The notes beneath the pieces are model-generated. The model worked only from the letters and a program-made list of their open reading frames with translations. It did not search any database and was not told the DNA's origin. Shown here piece after piece: positions 45,501 to 60,500 of a stretch of DNA of 64,000 bases. Both the position numbers and the translations under genes were made by a program. Origin of the DNA: Ophelia neglecta (lineage: Eukaryota); the NCBI GenBank assembly GCA_965285935.1, contig OZ260665.1, positions 56,296,001-56,360,000 on the forward strand. The letters run 5' to 3'. Positions within the stretch are counted from its first letter, which is position 1, and each line of letters opens with the position of its first letter.

Positions 45501-48500
45501 CTGCAGGGACAGTTGGAGGTACCACAGTCTGTATGTCCAATGCTACGGGCCAGTGTCCCTGTAAGGCTAATGTCATCAACAGGAGATGTAATGAGTGTAA
45601 AGATGAATTTTATGGGCTCAACAGCACAAAGCCAAATGGTGAGTCAAAATCATAACATTATTACTTATTATCATTTAATACAATCAGCCCTGAGCATTTA
45701 ATAAAAAAAGCAGAACAGTACTATAATAAGTCACTGGATCAGTAAACCTTATAGACCACTTTCAGTAGCAAAATGGCGTTTTCCTATTCTTTTTATTGAT
45801 CTTTACAATCCAAATGTCAACAAGGGAACATTTTGTTTTATGTATACAGGTTGCACATCTTGTGAATGTGATGTGGGTGGCTCATTAAACAACCTGTGTA
45901 ACAAGGAAAGTGGGATGTGTCCTTGTCGCAGCAATGTGGTGGACAGGCAGTGTACAAGGTTAGTTGAAATATCTTGTTTGGCTTTGAACAAAGAAATGCT
46001 GAATGAATATAATATTCTTTCTACTGCTACTTACTGGGAGATAGGGCAATCAGCATGATAGTTTGGTACACTTGTATAAATGATTCGTTTGAAAATTAAA
46101 ACAAAATTCTAGACTTCTTTTGAGCAACTAAAACATAAATGATCCTGTTACTGCACGTATATTTAAGAAAACTAAAAAAAAAATATCAGGAATGCAAAAA
46201 ACCTAGTGTGGCACTATAGATATGTATCATGGAGCTTCCATTCCCTTGCAGACCAAAGACCAGCTTTTTCTACCCCAAACTTCACTTTATTCATCAAGAG
46301 TTTGAAGACTTGCAGGCAAGATGGAGCAGGACAAAAGCAGGCTTTGAAGGCTGGGGATATGCCATAGTCACCTCTAATGTTAGTCAAATGTCTTGTTGCT
46401 TTAAGTGAATAATCTGACAGCAGTATTCAATGTTTATTGGAACTTGCTAACATCCTTTATATGAGTTTGGGACAGGAGACCTTGGTGGTGGAACTCGGTA
46501 TGTTACTTCTTGCATTTTTAAATGGTGTCTGCTCTCCAAGCCATATGCCTTTTGCTCTCATTGTCCATCCACCTTCAGCCAGTAATTAGATGTTAATGAT
46601 GCATTACTAACCACCCATATTGTCTTCCTGCAACATATGTGATATTTTGCTTGGTACATGGATTTTACTTCATTATCAGTTGTTTTAATGGTCCTTCTTT
46701 TTACAGACAGCTGTTATGACCACGCTGAGTCCTACCGGTACTAACACCCTAAATGGCCTGTATCAAATACTGATCCGCTTCCGAACCCCCAATGTCAGCC
46801 CTGTGGAAGGCACTGTTAGTATCGTAGGTAAGTGTCATTAAAGTCTTATATTTGCATTGATGAAATAATTTGCCTTGTTTTATATGGATTGAAATTGTTA
46901 AGCAACTGTTTCATAAGCACAATGACACCACCAAAGTGTGGCCGAGTGGTTAGGGTGTCCGCCTCTCAAGTGGAAGATCGGGGTTCGAAGCTCGATCGCA
47001 TCAAACCTTAGACGTAAAAATAGGTACTGATAGCTCCCCTGCCAGGCAACCGGTATTTCGAGGGTAGTATTAGGACTGGTCAACCCGGTGTCAGTATAAT
47101 GTGACCAGGAGGGGTTCCCTGTCTGGTGTCTCTGGCAGGTACTCCAGTGAGGCAGCATGTGCTCTAAAGAGGGCATTGAGCGCACTGTCACAAGTAGGCA
47201 CTGTGGCAATATGACCGATAAGTGTTGAAAGCCACGTAAAAATCCCAAACAACAACAACATAAGCACAATGAAAAAAAAACATCTCCTATAATGTGGATG
47301 AGCCGATTTGGGTGTAATTATTGAGCTTTCCTATTGCATATAATGTTTATTGTTATTTGCAGGTAATACTGGGAGTTTCTCCGAGGCTGTAGTCTTCCCA
47401 TCCAGTGCTACTCAGTGGAGCTTTCTGACTGTAGGGCAGGCCCTGCAGAAGACTTACACCCTTAATCAAGGCTACAAGTATTCTATCTCTGTCTCTGCCA
47501 AGTCAGAGCTGTATGTGGTAAGAGATTGTTTATTTCCTTTATAATATCAGTTAATATCAGGTATGGCTAAAGAAAAAATATTGGTTCTTTGATTATATAA
47601 TATAATATAATGTAGGAGTTGTCTTATATTATAACCCCCACTTTGTGTCCTTTCCTTTTGGCTAAATCTGTATCAGATCTATGTGAATTAATCCTGCATT
47701 ACAATCAGCTTGATAACTCTCCATTATCACTTTGCTCTAGGTTTACTTTTCTCATTTTCATTCAATCTACATACTAACAGAATCAATGTTAACTGTATTA
47801 TTTAAGCTTAGTTTGACTAAACAGGGATTATGCTTATAGGGCTATCATTGTTTTAATGTCATGGTTTCCAAAATAACAAATGAAAAAAAGCAAGTGAATT
47901 CCTCAAAGCCCTGAGGAGTTATAGCGGTTTAAAGATACTTAAAGTTGCTTCAGACGGACGGACGGACAACCCGACTACATAATGCCTCCGGACCCTTCGG
48001 GGCGGAGGCATAAACATTTGTTGCTTGGGGTTTATAAGATAAAATAAATGCTGGTCAACCAAGTAATTAAAGATGATTGCCTAATATTTCACAAAAAATG
48101 CTGTTTGTTTTAACATAAGCTGTTGACTACTATTTGCTGCCTTTCCACCCTTTACTAACCAGGACCGAGTGATAGCCCTACCTCGCCAGTTTACTAACAC
48201 CACTGCCCTATTTGGCGCGGCTGAGAACCTTGCCTTTAACTCTAGATGTAAAGTTTATGAGAATGATATGAGGTGAGAAAATAATATTAATATAGTCATA
48301 CACGATCAAAAGCAGATCCTCCTTTTAACCAACTCAGCATAGACAGTAAATTACAAGAAAATCCGCTGTTTGACTCTGTCTAATACCAGATAATGATTTT
48401 AAGTTTTTCCCTGGCACAGACTAGGCACTGCTGATGAGAGTTACTGCCTGGGGAAGGTATTTTCTCTGACCTCCTACTACCTGGGCGGGGCCCTGCCATG

Positions 48501-51500
48501 TGGATGTAGTTCTATAGGGGCGTATAATAACAGTTGTGAACCCTATGGTGGCCAGTGTCTGTGTAAACCAGGAGTCGGACGCAGGACTTGTGATGAGTGT
48601 CAACTAGAGAATTGGAACCTCCAATCAACAGGCTGTACTTGTAAGTTAGCAAAACCACATTCAGTTCAACCTTTACTACTTTACTTACAGAAATCCTGGT
48701 TTGGTGCATTTGTGATTGTTTAAACTGTAATGAACTATTTAATTCACCTGTCACTTTTTGCATCAATGTTAATAAAATAAAGGACAAAACGGTTTTCTCT
48801 TTGTAGATTGTAACTGTTCTACGGTGAACAAGGTGTGTGATCGTTTCACTGGACAGTGTTTGTGCCCTCCCAACATTGAGGGACGACAGTGTGACAGGTG
48901 TAAACCCAACCACTGGAATTTCAATGATACTCTTGGATGTGAGGTAAAAATAGGAAATCACTGGAATTAATCAATGCTTATAAGAGGAGAAATTACAATG
49001 TCAAGTTACAAAAATATGGCATATATCATATTTTGCTGTCCATTATTGTACAAGAGCCTTATGAAAGTATCATTTGGAACAAATTGTTGAACTAGAAATG
49101 TATCATTATGTTTTGTCTACAGTATAAGCCTTTTTTTTATATATATATTGGATCACCCTGAACAGAGTATTTGTTGTTATTTCCTCCCTAGCCCTGTAAC
49201 TGTAACACGACTGGTTCCCTGAACCTGCAGTGTAACCAGACAACAGGAATCTGTCAATGCAAGACGGGTATCAATGGAGCCAAATGTGACACGTGTCTGG
49301 ACACCTACAGGGCCTTCTCCAGTCAGGGCTGTGTGCTCTGTAACTGTGACCAGTATGGATCTCTTAACGATGTCTGCCAAAAAGATACAGGACAGTGCCA
49401 GTGCAAGGTTTAATATCAATGTCAATAATTAAGAATACCCCTGTTATAATAAAAGTGTATTTAATTTATGACATGTTTCTTTGTTAAATCATACCAACCC
49501 AAAGTTATCTTTACTGTATCAACCCAGTAGAACTATGAATGTTACATAAAGTTTTATTGATTTTATACTTGAAATAGCATCTTTATGATTAATAACCATC
49601 TTCTGTTTAATACAACAATTGCAGAAATGAATGTGTTTTCTTTGATACCATTGAATATCACCTTGTAGCAAAACACAATGGGTCTGACCTGTGTGATGTG
49701 TAAGCCAGGGACGTTTTATAATTACCGCACTCACCGAGATGGCTGCCTCGACTGTGTGTGCATGGGAGTGACTTCTAGCTGTGACAGCACCCCCTGGAGG
49801 AACAAAGATATACAACTACCCCTACAGAATGCGACTAGCCCCTATCTACTGATCACAACACCCACTCAGACTCAACTGTTAGACATTACAATGGTGAACC
49901 AATATGGCTTAACCCTGGCCCGAGTCAGTCTCGGGGCACAAGCCGATGTCTACTGGCTTCATCCTTTCGAATTACGTGGTAATATGCTAGGACTGTATGG
50001 CAATAATGTTTCATGGACCACGATATATGATTCGACTGATTTGAGTGGTAAGCCCACACAGCCAAAGATCATCTTGTTTGGTAGAAACAACACCAGGTTT
50101 GATCTGAGGTCAGTTTAATATACTTTTTCCATCCTTTTGTTCAGAAAAATTATTTATCCTTAGACATTCAGGTAGAAGATAGTTACCAAATTATAATGTA
50201 CTACAGCTTCAATAACCAAGTTATATAATAGTGAAATTATGCATAATATTTTTGTGTCATTAAATTTTCATCTGTCATAATTGCTGATTATTGGGTTCAA
50301 TTTTCATGATACTTGATCCAAAATATTTTTCAGTGTGCCCATTGTGCAGTTAAATGTGTCCACCCAGCTACAGGTGCCTATTCAGGTGGAAAGTGTGACA
50401 GATAGAAATGTCAGTCGTGGTGAATTCCTGTATGCCCTCTCTGACGTTAAGATGTTGTTGATACCTGCCTCTTATTATGATAGAGCTCATGTCTCTTAGT
50501 AAGCTTATATTCAATATAACTATTAAACTAAAGAAGAGCATTAAAATAACCAATTTAACTATTAAACTAAAAAAAAGCATTAAAATAACCAATATAACTA
50601 TTAAACTATTAAACTAAAGAAAAGCATTAAAATAACCAAGTCTGAAATTTATTCCATTTCTATGATATAGACACAAGTAGGTTTAAAATTTGTAGAAACA
50701 ATATTAATATGAATTGTCATGTCAACCTAACCGCTTGACCCTTTTACTCCTGGATATACATATGGTATAATTAATTACTGCTAGATTTAGAAATTTCATG
50801 AGGAGAAGGGTTAACATATTGTAGATGTGCTAGTCAAGATATTTGGTTTGTCTTTACAGTATAGCCAACTGGAAATATGACATTGCCAGTCCTATAGGGC
50901 TAGGCCAGAGAGCTATGGCCGTGGAGAAGTGTAACTGTGGACCAGGCTATGAAGGCCTCTCCTGTGAAGTATGTGTCTAATTTGCTTTATAATAAAAGAT
51001 TAATAATAAAATTAAAAGATACATGTAAAAATATGTAAAAAAAAACAACAACTAATAATAAATAAATAATGTCATTTAGGTCACTACTCGCCACATGCAG
51101 TAAAATTTGCTTTGGTTTAAGGCAAGTGACTCTATGATACCAGTATTTAATTTTAATGTGTTTATTGCCATAAAATATACTCATACAATATAGATGAATT
51201 ACAAATTACAGTCAGCTATGTGCAATTGATGGCAGCTGCTCTATTTATCTGCGCACATATTAGTTGAACATGATAAATCTAATACCAAATTTAGGCAAAT
51301 GGAAAATAATTCTAGATCTACAGAAAGTATTCTCTTTGTGAGATTAAAACTTTATTAAAAACATTGACAATATGATGTCAAAGTCTGTGATTTCTCCAAT
51401 AGAGAGAAACTTATAATCTGATGCTGTTGACTGGCAAGGGTTAAGGAAGCCCAGTTGAAACATGTCAAGTAGACAGACCTTTTTACTGTGTTTTTCTATG

Positions 51501-54500
51501 TAAAAGCCCATGGCAATGAAAGGTTTGCGGGAAGAGGCGGGTTTCCCCATAGCTCATGTCAGATATAAGAGTATAAAGTATATTAACAGTATGACCAGTT
51601 ATAAAATTACTTGTCATGATTGCATTACCACTTTTTGACTCGTTTTTCTTTACCTTTCGTAAATTGTCATTCTTTTTGATAATATTGACAGAATTGTGTT
51701 CGAGGTTACAAGAGATTCAATGTGAGTGGCCAAGGTTATCTCGGGACCTGTATACCTTGCCAGTGTTATGGCCATGCCAGCTACTGCAACCCGGACACTG
51801 GTGTATGTGACAGCTGTCTACACAACACAGCAGGTGGGAACTACATCAGATCTACTATTACATCATTATTGATCTGATCTGTGCAAATCTAATAAATATA
51901 AAATAACCTCTGACTCAGACTATAAACATCTGCTTCTCCCTGTCCTTGCAGAATTTTATTTTGCTAATTAACCAAAGCAACAGTCTGTTTTTGCCCCTCA
52001 CCCTTTTTCTGAAAAACAAGTGGGGGTATGTAGTGTGCCATGTTCCTCAGCTGCCGCCATTTGTTTTGGCTATTGCTTGGCAACTATTAGGTCCACAGTT
52101 ACTATATTCCACAGGTATTGTATAGGCCTGTAAAATTTGTTTGAGATAAATGGTTTGATAAAGGTCGATAACAAGATTGTGCAAAAAGTGTCAGAGCTAC
52201 TGGACTGAGAGCTACTGGGGCACAATTATTTAATTGTTCATTTGAGAACGTTCAGTTGTCTATACTATTAAGATACATGCAACAGTTGTTTCATAAAAAA
52301 AAACATTCAGTGAACTAAGACACTTATAATCAGGTGGTAATTAGCCTTTAATTTATAAAAGAATATTATTTTGATACGAACACTATATTACTTTTCCCAA
52401 AAAAACCCAGTTAAATGCATAAACAGGTTTGTAATAGATTAAAATTGCATTTTCTTTCTTTGTGCAACCATTGATTGTTATCTTCAGGTGAAAACTGTGA
52501 GGTCTGTAATGTTGGTTTCCATGGTAACCCGAAACTTGGTAACTCATATGACTGTCAGCCATGTCCGTGTTATGCCCCGCGAGTAGTTAATGGTACCTGC
52601 AACTCGACTTCTGGACGTCCAATCTGTACATACTGTAATCCTGGCTATGCAGGGGATCTCTGTGACAGGTTTGTTAGCTGTTCAAATATGTTAAATATAT
52701 GAAATGAATCACAAAAGGGATTCTTAAATTTATCAAATATAAATTTCATCCTATCAGCTTTAAATCTTTTCAATTTTACAATCATCAGTCAATTGGTTAT
52801 GTGTGAGAATTGAAGCTACAAACTGTCCTGAGAATTAAGATAATTATTTTATGCCTTGTTTTAAGTTGGACACACAGAAAAATAAAATAAGAAAATGTAC
52901 CTATAGTCAGGTGGGGAATGGTACATATTGTAATATTTCTAGCAGTAACCTTGATATCTTCATGATCAGGTGTGACACCTTTTACTATGGAAACCCTGTG
53001 ATCCTTGGTGGGACGTGCACACGCTGTGAATGCAACAATAATGCAGTAACATGTAACAGTGCAAATGGACAGTGTCTTAACTGCGCCAACAACTCCACGG
53101 GCTCCAGTTGTGAGAGGTGTATTGATGGATTCTATGGAAATGCTACCATACAGGGCTGCACTGGTGAGAAATTGTAGAATTCTTATCAAAATATTAAAGA
53201 TATCTCAAGTTAGAAGAAATGAGGTATATACTTTTTCATACATTTTTCAATTGTTTGCAATATCGCTTATATTTATTTTTATGGTGGGACTACACTGATT
53301 ACGATCTGATTATTCTAAAGAACTAAGCTCTGCCCCTAAACAAATACCTTTATGGTATTGATAGTGTTTAACAGTATACAATATTATATTTAGAGGTGTA
53401 TTAAATGTTAAGACTAACTTTTCAGACTGTGTGTGTAATATGACTGGCTCTAACAGTTCGGTTTGTGACCACTCCACTGGGCAGTGTCCTTGTAAGTTTG
53501 GTGTGGGCGACCGAGACTGCGACCAATGTCTGCCTAACTACTATGGCTATGATAACACCTCTATATTAGGTGAGTATTACATTGTTTGTTGGTGTTCAAA
53601 AAATATATTCAACCTTGAAAATCTCTACTTGTAACCTTTTTCTAATAGTATGACTGTACAAATTAAATTTATTTTACAGTTTATCTCAGATGGTAGTTTA
53701 TAGGAATATTTTTCTTCATATAATACTGTGCCATATTGAGTTGCTCTTTGTGAGATGAAAGTTATCTACACTGATCATTGAAATGACTTCTATCAAATAA
53801 AATTTTCTTCAGGGTTACAGGTTCTTGTAATATTATGTTTTTCCTTCTGTTAATTTACTGGTTATATATAGTTGAATGTCCATGACAAGGGAGCTGATTA
53901 TGTTTGTTATTTGTTATGTTTTATGGCAGTGCATTAACTTTTTTTTTGTACACATCTTATTATTATGTATATATTCCCTGGACAATAGAAAAATTAAAAT
54001 TACTATGATATTTGTTTGTTTTTGTAACTGACTGGTTTGTATACTTATTTCCTGGCTAGGCTGTGCAACTTGTGACTGTAACCCTTCCGGTAGTGGTAAT
54101 CTGCAGTGTGATAGCTCGGGCGTCTGCACCTGTCAGACCAATGTCGTCGGTGAAAAATGCGATTCCTGTGTAGACGGCTTCTTCGGTCTCCCAAGTCAGG
54201 CATGTCAAGGTAACATCAGCCCATTATATTAAAGGGAGTTCCTTTAAATATGAAGTTCAATGGGCATGGACATAAAATAATACTAAAAAAAATTCTCAAC
54301 ATTGGCTGCTTACATTATGGGTTATTGTTTTTTGTCTATTCAGTCTTTCTGTACTGTCCGCGTGAATGTTTTAAATGTCTTACTACTATAAAGACATGTT
54401 GTGATGGTTATAATATTTTTGCATTTGTGACATTGCAGCTTGTAACTGTAATACTACTGGAACAGCCAACCTGACCATGCCGTGCGACCGAGTGACCGGT

Positions 54501-57500
54501 CAGTGTCTTTGTAAGAACGGAGTGACTGGCCGACAATGTGACAAGTGTGAACGCATGTACACTAATTTTGGAGTCAATGGCTGTGCTCGTAAGTATATAT
54601 TATTGAAGTCAGGTTTATTGGTTTTTGAGTTTAATGGTGTAATCATTACCAAAAAATTGCCAAGCCTGATATTCTTAACTTCCAGTTGGCCATGGAATAT
54701 TATTGTAGGTTATAATAAATACCTATGTTCTACTGTAGACATTCTGTCTGGGTGTGGGTACTGTAAAATCCTTAATTTTCGCAAGCCTTTTACTTTGCAA
54801 ATTTTAGGAACAGGCACAACCCACAAAAATAAAGGGCTCACAAAAATAAGGACCTGGGAGACGCTTTTGACAGAATCTCTGAAGCACAAAATTTAAAGTG
54901 CAGCAAAATTAGTTGAGCATCAAAACTGCGAATATTAAGGGCTGAAAAATATAAGAGTTTGACAGTATAGGTTAATTTGGCCAAGAGTTGGAAATATAGA
55001 TGGGTTTTGCCTTCATATTTCTAACTCTTAATGTAGATGGTTCTGCGATGAATTTAGTAAAACATTCCCTTGTCACATCTAAATTATTTTTTGCTCAAAT
55101 GTGGCATATCCTCACTCATCATTGGGAGGTCTGAAATATGGCCTCCATCATCTGGATACTTGCATTTATGAATTTTGAGAATTTTTTAATAGGTACTTGA
55201 TAGAATCATAAAATCTGCATTGACTTTATTAAAGTATTAAGGTCTGTTTTCCAGCTATATCAGGTGAGAAGGAATGTCTATTTAATATGAATTACAATGT
55301 GTTTTTAGTTCACCCGAAACTCAATGATATGCCCCTTTCTAAGCTGTGTCAGCTTTTTGTGCAATTAGAGTGTACATGTATGTCATCTTCCACAGCTTCA
55401 ATTACTATACTGTACTACTTAGATGTTTAAACTAGAATGATATGCTATATGAAATGAATGTTAGTATTTTACTTTAAATTTTAGCCAGATTGCATACTGT
55501 TAGCTACAATAACTGCAGCTTTCTATGTTTGAGCACAGTCTTCCCTTTTGTGTAGAAAACACTCTTCACCATATATTAGTGGCAATAAAGAATGGTTGTA
55601 ATGTGCAGTATATGCATGCCTACAAAAGCCTAAAAACACTTGAATACATTTTTCTGATATAAATGATTGCATTGGATTCATTGATATATTTTTGTTTTCA
55701 GTAAGTCAGTCAATGTTTTCATTGAAAAATTAATGAAGAGATATTTAAAAACAATCTCAGTTTATTAGTAATATTTTTTTAAATCTACTGTCAAATATTG
55801 TATTTTTGATTGAACCCATTCAGGTTGTGATGACTGTCAGTTCTCGTTGGGTAATGATACGAGGCGGATGAAGGAGGAGTGGGAGGGGTATTGGAACCAG
55901 TCCCAGGTGGTGTCCAGTCTCCAGGAGCAGGATGTGGTCCTCCAGGGCGTCTCCAGTAAGATTAACTCTACCTCCGAGACCCTGGGGGTGAGCTCAGGCA
56001 CCCTAGTCACCCTCACCAAATCCCTGGCTAATCTCACCTCCAGGGAGCCTGTCCTCAACGACACAGTGGCAAACCTCATTGCCAGGGTGAGTACAGATAA
56101 TGTATGACTGTACAAGCCTCGACCAGAATAATTGGGTCCCCGGATTATAAACTGTCTAATGTAGAATTTTATTCTAGCCTTGTTGTTATTAAATAAATGA
56201 CCAGATAATATATAATATATGGCTGCTTATTTAATGATCTTATACTTGTGAGTGGCCATGAAAAATCGAATATAATTACACAAGTCCCAACTAGATAAAC
56301 TCAGTACTGGCATCTTTAGATATCACTCCTTATAAAGCTAAGTTCATTCACAGTAAACTTTATACAATTTTATGCTCATTATTCTCAAAGATTTCCAGGG
56401 TAAGGTTTCTATTTTCACCTTGATGATAACTATGTGCATTCCCTCCCCCTCCCTAGAACCTTACCAGCGAGGTACGTCCGGATGCAGTGTATACATGTCC
56501 AGTCACCAGCCATTGCTGGCTAGAAGCATGTTTGATTGTTGTTTGTCGTCTTTTGACTAGTTGTGCCCTGTTTATAAATAGCCCTTCAAAAAATGTTGAA
56601 TATACCAGCTTAACATTCTTGTAAACAAGGAATTACAGGGAAATTTGATGGTCAGGTGTCTACACCAAAATTATATGCAAGAAATTAAGGCTGATATATC
56701 TAACATTATTTGTAATGCTGATATCAAATATAGATGTGTCTGTTTTTAATGCCAAAAAAGTTTAAACATATTTTTGAAACTGTTATAGGAGCAACCAGTT
56801 TTAGATATTTTGGTTGTATTCAATCCATGAAATGCATATTTGAATATCATTTTCAGTTTTGTACTACACATACATGTACACATGACTAGTTTTAGCATTG
56901 CCCAACCACTTGAGTCACCTTTTTTTTAGGTAGAGGCTGGATCACCTGATTCATGTCACAACGTTATAAAGAAAATTCGAATGATAATAGTATTACTTGT
57001 AATAACATTTTTCACTCTCTTAATGCGTTCCAACAATTTGTTTCTGAAATAGTGTTAACACTACACCATTATTTAATTTATTGCTTTATTTTATTATATA
57101 TGATAAGTTGTTTATATATTCTTGCATAATTGAAAAATAATTATCAATTTTTGAGGGGGTCAATATCAACTTGTATGAATGCTTTTTTCCTTCCAATGGG
57201 GTTAAATGGCCTGCTAACAAATCTTGAAAAGATCACTCATTATATCAGTCATACTGCCACTGAGAGCAGGTAGCAGGGTTAAGTCTATTTCAGAATACTG
57301 ATAATATAGAAACAACAGATTGATATTTTATATGGACTAATGATTCTCTACTTCAGGTGACCACAATAACCAACCTGGCAGGAAGTTTGGAAAACAACAG
57401 TGCAGCTGATCTCACCAGGCAAATAGACATGCAGGAAAGTGCAAAGAATGCCTTGGCGAATGCAGAAAACTTAAACAAAACCTGCCCATTGGTTATTGAT

Positions 57501-60500
57501 AGAATGAGATTTTATAATACTTCTTCATACACTGTAAGCTTTTAATTTTGTACATCTTTCATTATTTTAGATATACACATAAATAAAGAATGCATTAATA
57601 TCTTACAATGAAACAATTCCAGTAGATGTCAACTTTTTATAGAATTAAAGTCAGAGTTGATGGAGAGTGTGTACTGTATGTGTTTGACATCTTCTCTCTA
57701 GTTGTTGAAGCTTGGAGACACTGCCTACACTGGTCTGAACTACACATTCACCAATGAGAAGTTACAAGTCCTGGAGGAGCTACAGCAAATCACTGACATC
57801 AGGGTCCGAGTTGATCAAATGAAGGACATGGTCGGCACTCAGGTAGTTTCTTACTATTAAATGAAAAAAATCATAGAAATCAACTTGGGGCTTTAACTTT
57901 TGAAGAGTTTTATGGGGGGGGGGACATTTTTAATTTGTTTCCATATTTCCACTTCTGGCTAATCCTAAACGACTGTTTTTTTTACAGGATTACTCCGTCT
58001 TCCAAGAACTTTCTAATGAATGCATTTGCGTGTCAAAGCATTTGCCTTCTTAAAGACTAATTGATTAAGAATATTTTTGATTGTAATGTATAAATTTACA
58101 TATTATATTTTTTATTATTTAGGCCAACAAGACAACAGAGTTAGATAGCACCTCTCGCCAGCAGAATGCTCAGTTCACCAATATCACTGGGGACGCTGCC
58201 CAGGTTAACTCCCTGCTACAGACAGTCATGACCCTGGCCAACGGGGTACTCAACCAAATTAATGGCACACTGGTGAGAGTTGTCAACTTATCCATGATAC
58301 TATGATCCACCACACATAAACCCCCATTGGCAGCAGGGATACCTGTGAATTCTTCATAAATCAATTTAATCTATATCTATGTCTGTAATTAGCAGCTTAT
58401 GACTACACCTAATAAAATGTAGCATAACGCTGAAATGAACTCTACAAATCATGGCAAAGTCAGAAATTGAGCACAGCGTGGCATCTTGTAGGTGATCATG
58501 TAACTGGAATACCGTTAAACCTATCTATATATGCTATACCTGAGGGATTTCTACAAAAATGTAGATCACTTTGATCAATTATTGTACATGTGATGTATTT
58601 ACACACAAAAATGCATCCATTTTGCAGGTAAAAGAGTGAATGTCATATATATCAGCTTCAATGTGTTAATGGTGGAAAAAAATCATTTGAATAGCTGCAT
58701 ATGGATCGCTTATACTTTCTTTTTTCATATTAAGTGATGTTTATTTCATAAGATTGACATAAAATAATTTGGTGTAATATGTTGGTGTTTCAGTTTAACT
58801 AAAGATAGATTTTTACATACAGTACAACAAGCAGTATGCTGAATCTCTGTTTGCTGAGGCCACTCAGATCTTGGCGATGACGGAGGGCATACTGACCGGA
58901 GAAACCCAGGGAAACTACGACAGTGCCGCTCAGAACTTTAGAGACATCGTCAGCGTCATCAATGGTGTCAACACTGGAAACCTAGCTACCATTGCCAATA
59001 CCACGGTAGATCTGACTGGTAAGTTTTGTGTGGACTGCCTGTCACACGTTTCTTGTATGTGTAATAGGTAGTAGTATGGAAATAAGTATAAGCATTTTTT
59101 TTTGTAATTTTAAAGAAGCTTTAATTAATTTACTTCTTGTTTGAATGCTAAACTGGCTTTCAAATTTTACATCTTTCTAGCACATTTGCTAGCTATGATT
59201 CACATTTTTCATCTGTAAGGCCAACTTTTCCTTTAACTTTTACGTGTTATAGTTTAATGAATGTAAGTGACTGTTCTTTCCTGTTCTCTTCTGCTCACTC
59301 TGTGCCTGTCTGCTGCTCTCTGTGTTTGGTGCTTTTGTTAGACTTTGACACTGGAGAGATAGATCCCTGGGATTTGGTTGATATAAGTGATGTTGTTAGT
59401 TTTGGCCTTCCTCCCCCTCCCCGATTACCAGCTCCTCCCCCCAGACCCCTGGGGGTGTCTAGGGCTCCCCCAGAGCTCTCCATTGCCCATCAGGACTTGT
59501 TTAAAACTGTGTACTTCTCATCTGGGGGTTAGTCTTATTACCACAACTGTTTCACACAAAATTATTTTTAAAAAAAGGGATAAGGGAAATAATATTTTAA
59601 TAATGTAAAATTCTAGTCACTTTAAAAATGCTAAGGAAAGTTTCCCATGGAGACATTGTTAAATTCCATTGACAATTTTATTCAGCTAAGATAATCATGA
59701 TTGAATGTCACACCAGTCTGATGTGAAATAAATTCATTTATACACATAAGGTGCTCTATTTGAGCAAATGTCCTGTGTGATGATAATCACCTATTTATAT
59801 AGGAGTGAGCTGGGTGTTGGGATCTATCTGTATTATATATCTGTGTATTCAGGCATCACAGGGTGGAGACAAGGCAGCTCTTTAGAGGAGGCTATGATCA
59901 ACACCACCCGGACCCTGCTACAACTCACCACCACAAATGTGCTGAGCGCCGAGCAGAAGGCTAACAACCTAACCACACTGGCTCAGGCTCTGCTCACGTA
60001 AGCTCCTCCCTCTTCTAATCATACTCCTTAACCTCCGATCTTTTGTTGAATAAATACATAGTTTGAGCCCATTCTGACAGTGAGTTTAACTTGCTGAAAA
60101 TTTTTATAGGGTTTGACTTTATTCAATGACAAAGTCTCCATTTCCAAAGATATTAATGTATCTCTGGAAATGTAAATAGGGCAGCCATTTTCATCCTTTG
60201 ACCTTTACTTGTTCCCAAATGCTTGCCCAGATGTCTCCTGGTGGGCGGACTGCAATAAAATTTGCATATCAAATGTGGTAACCACTAAGGTATCTAATAG
60301 GGGCTTATGATGAAAGATTCAATGTCAACCTAATGCCACAAAATGTATTGACCACTAGTGGAAACTTAAATTAGATTGTCACATCTTTTAATGGTAAGAT
60401 GAAGCTGAAAGTCCTATGTGTCAACGCCTTCTTGGGGTTATTGATACATGATCGCCATATACATGTATGATGTAGTTAACACTTGTAAGCATAATTTGAA

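Noticed and set aside
46933-47005. tRNA-like sequence
   Set aside because: It is the head of the TSD-flanked SINE; no acceptor stem or complete cloverleaf
50515-50640. Repeat array as possible CRISPR
   Set aside because: Head-to-tail AT-rich minisatellite with no unique spacers, in a eukaryotic intron
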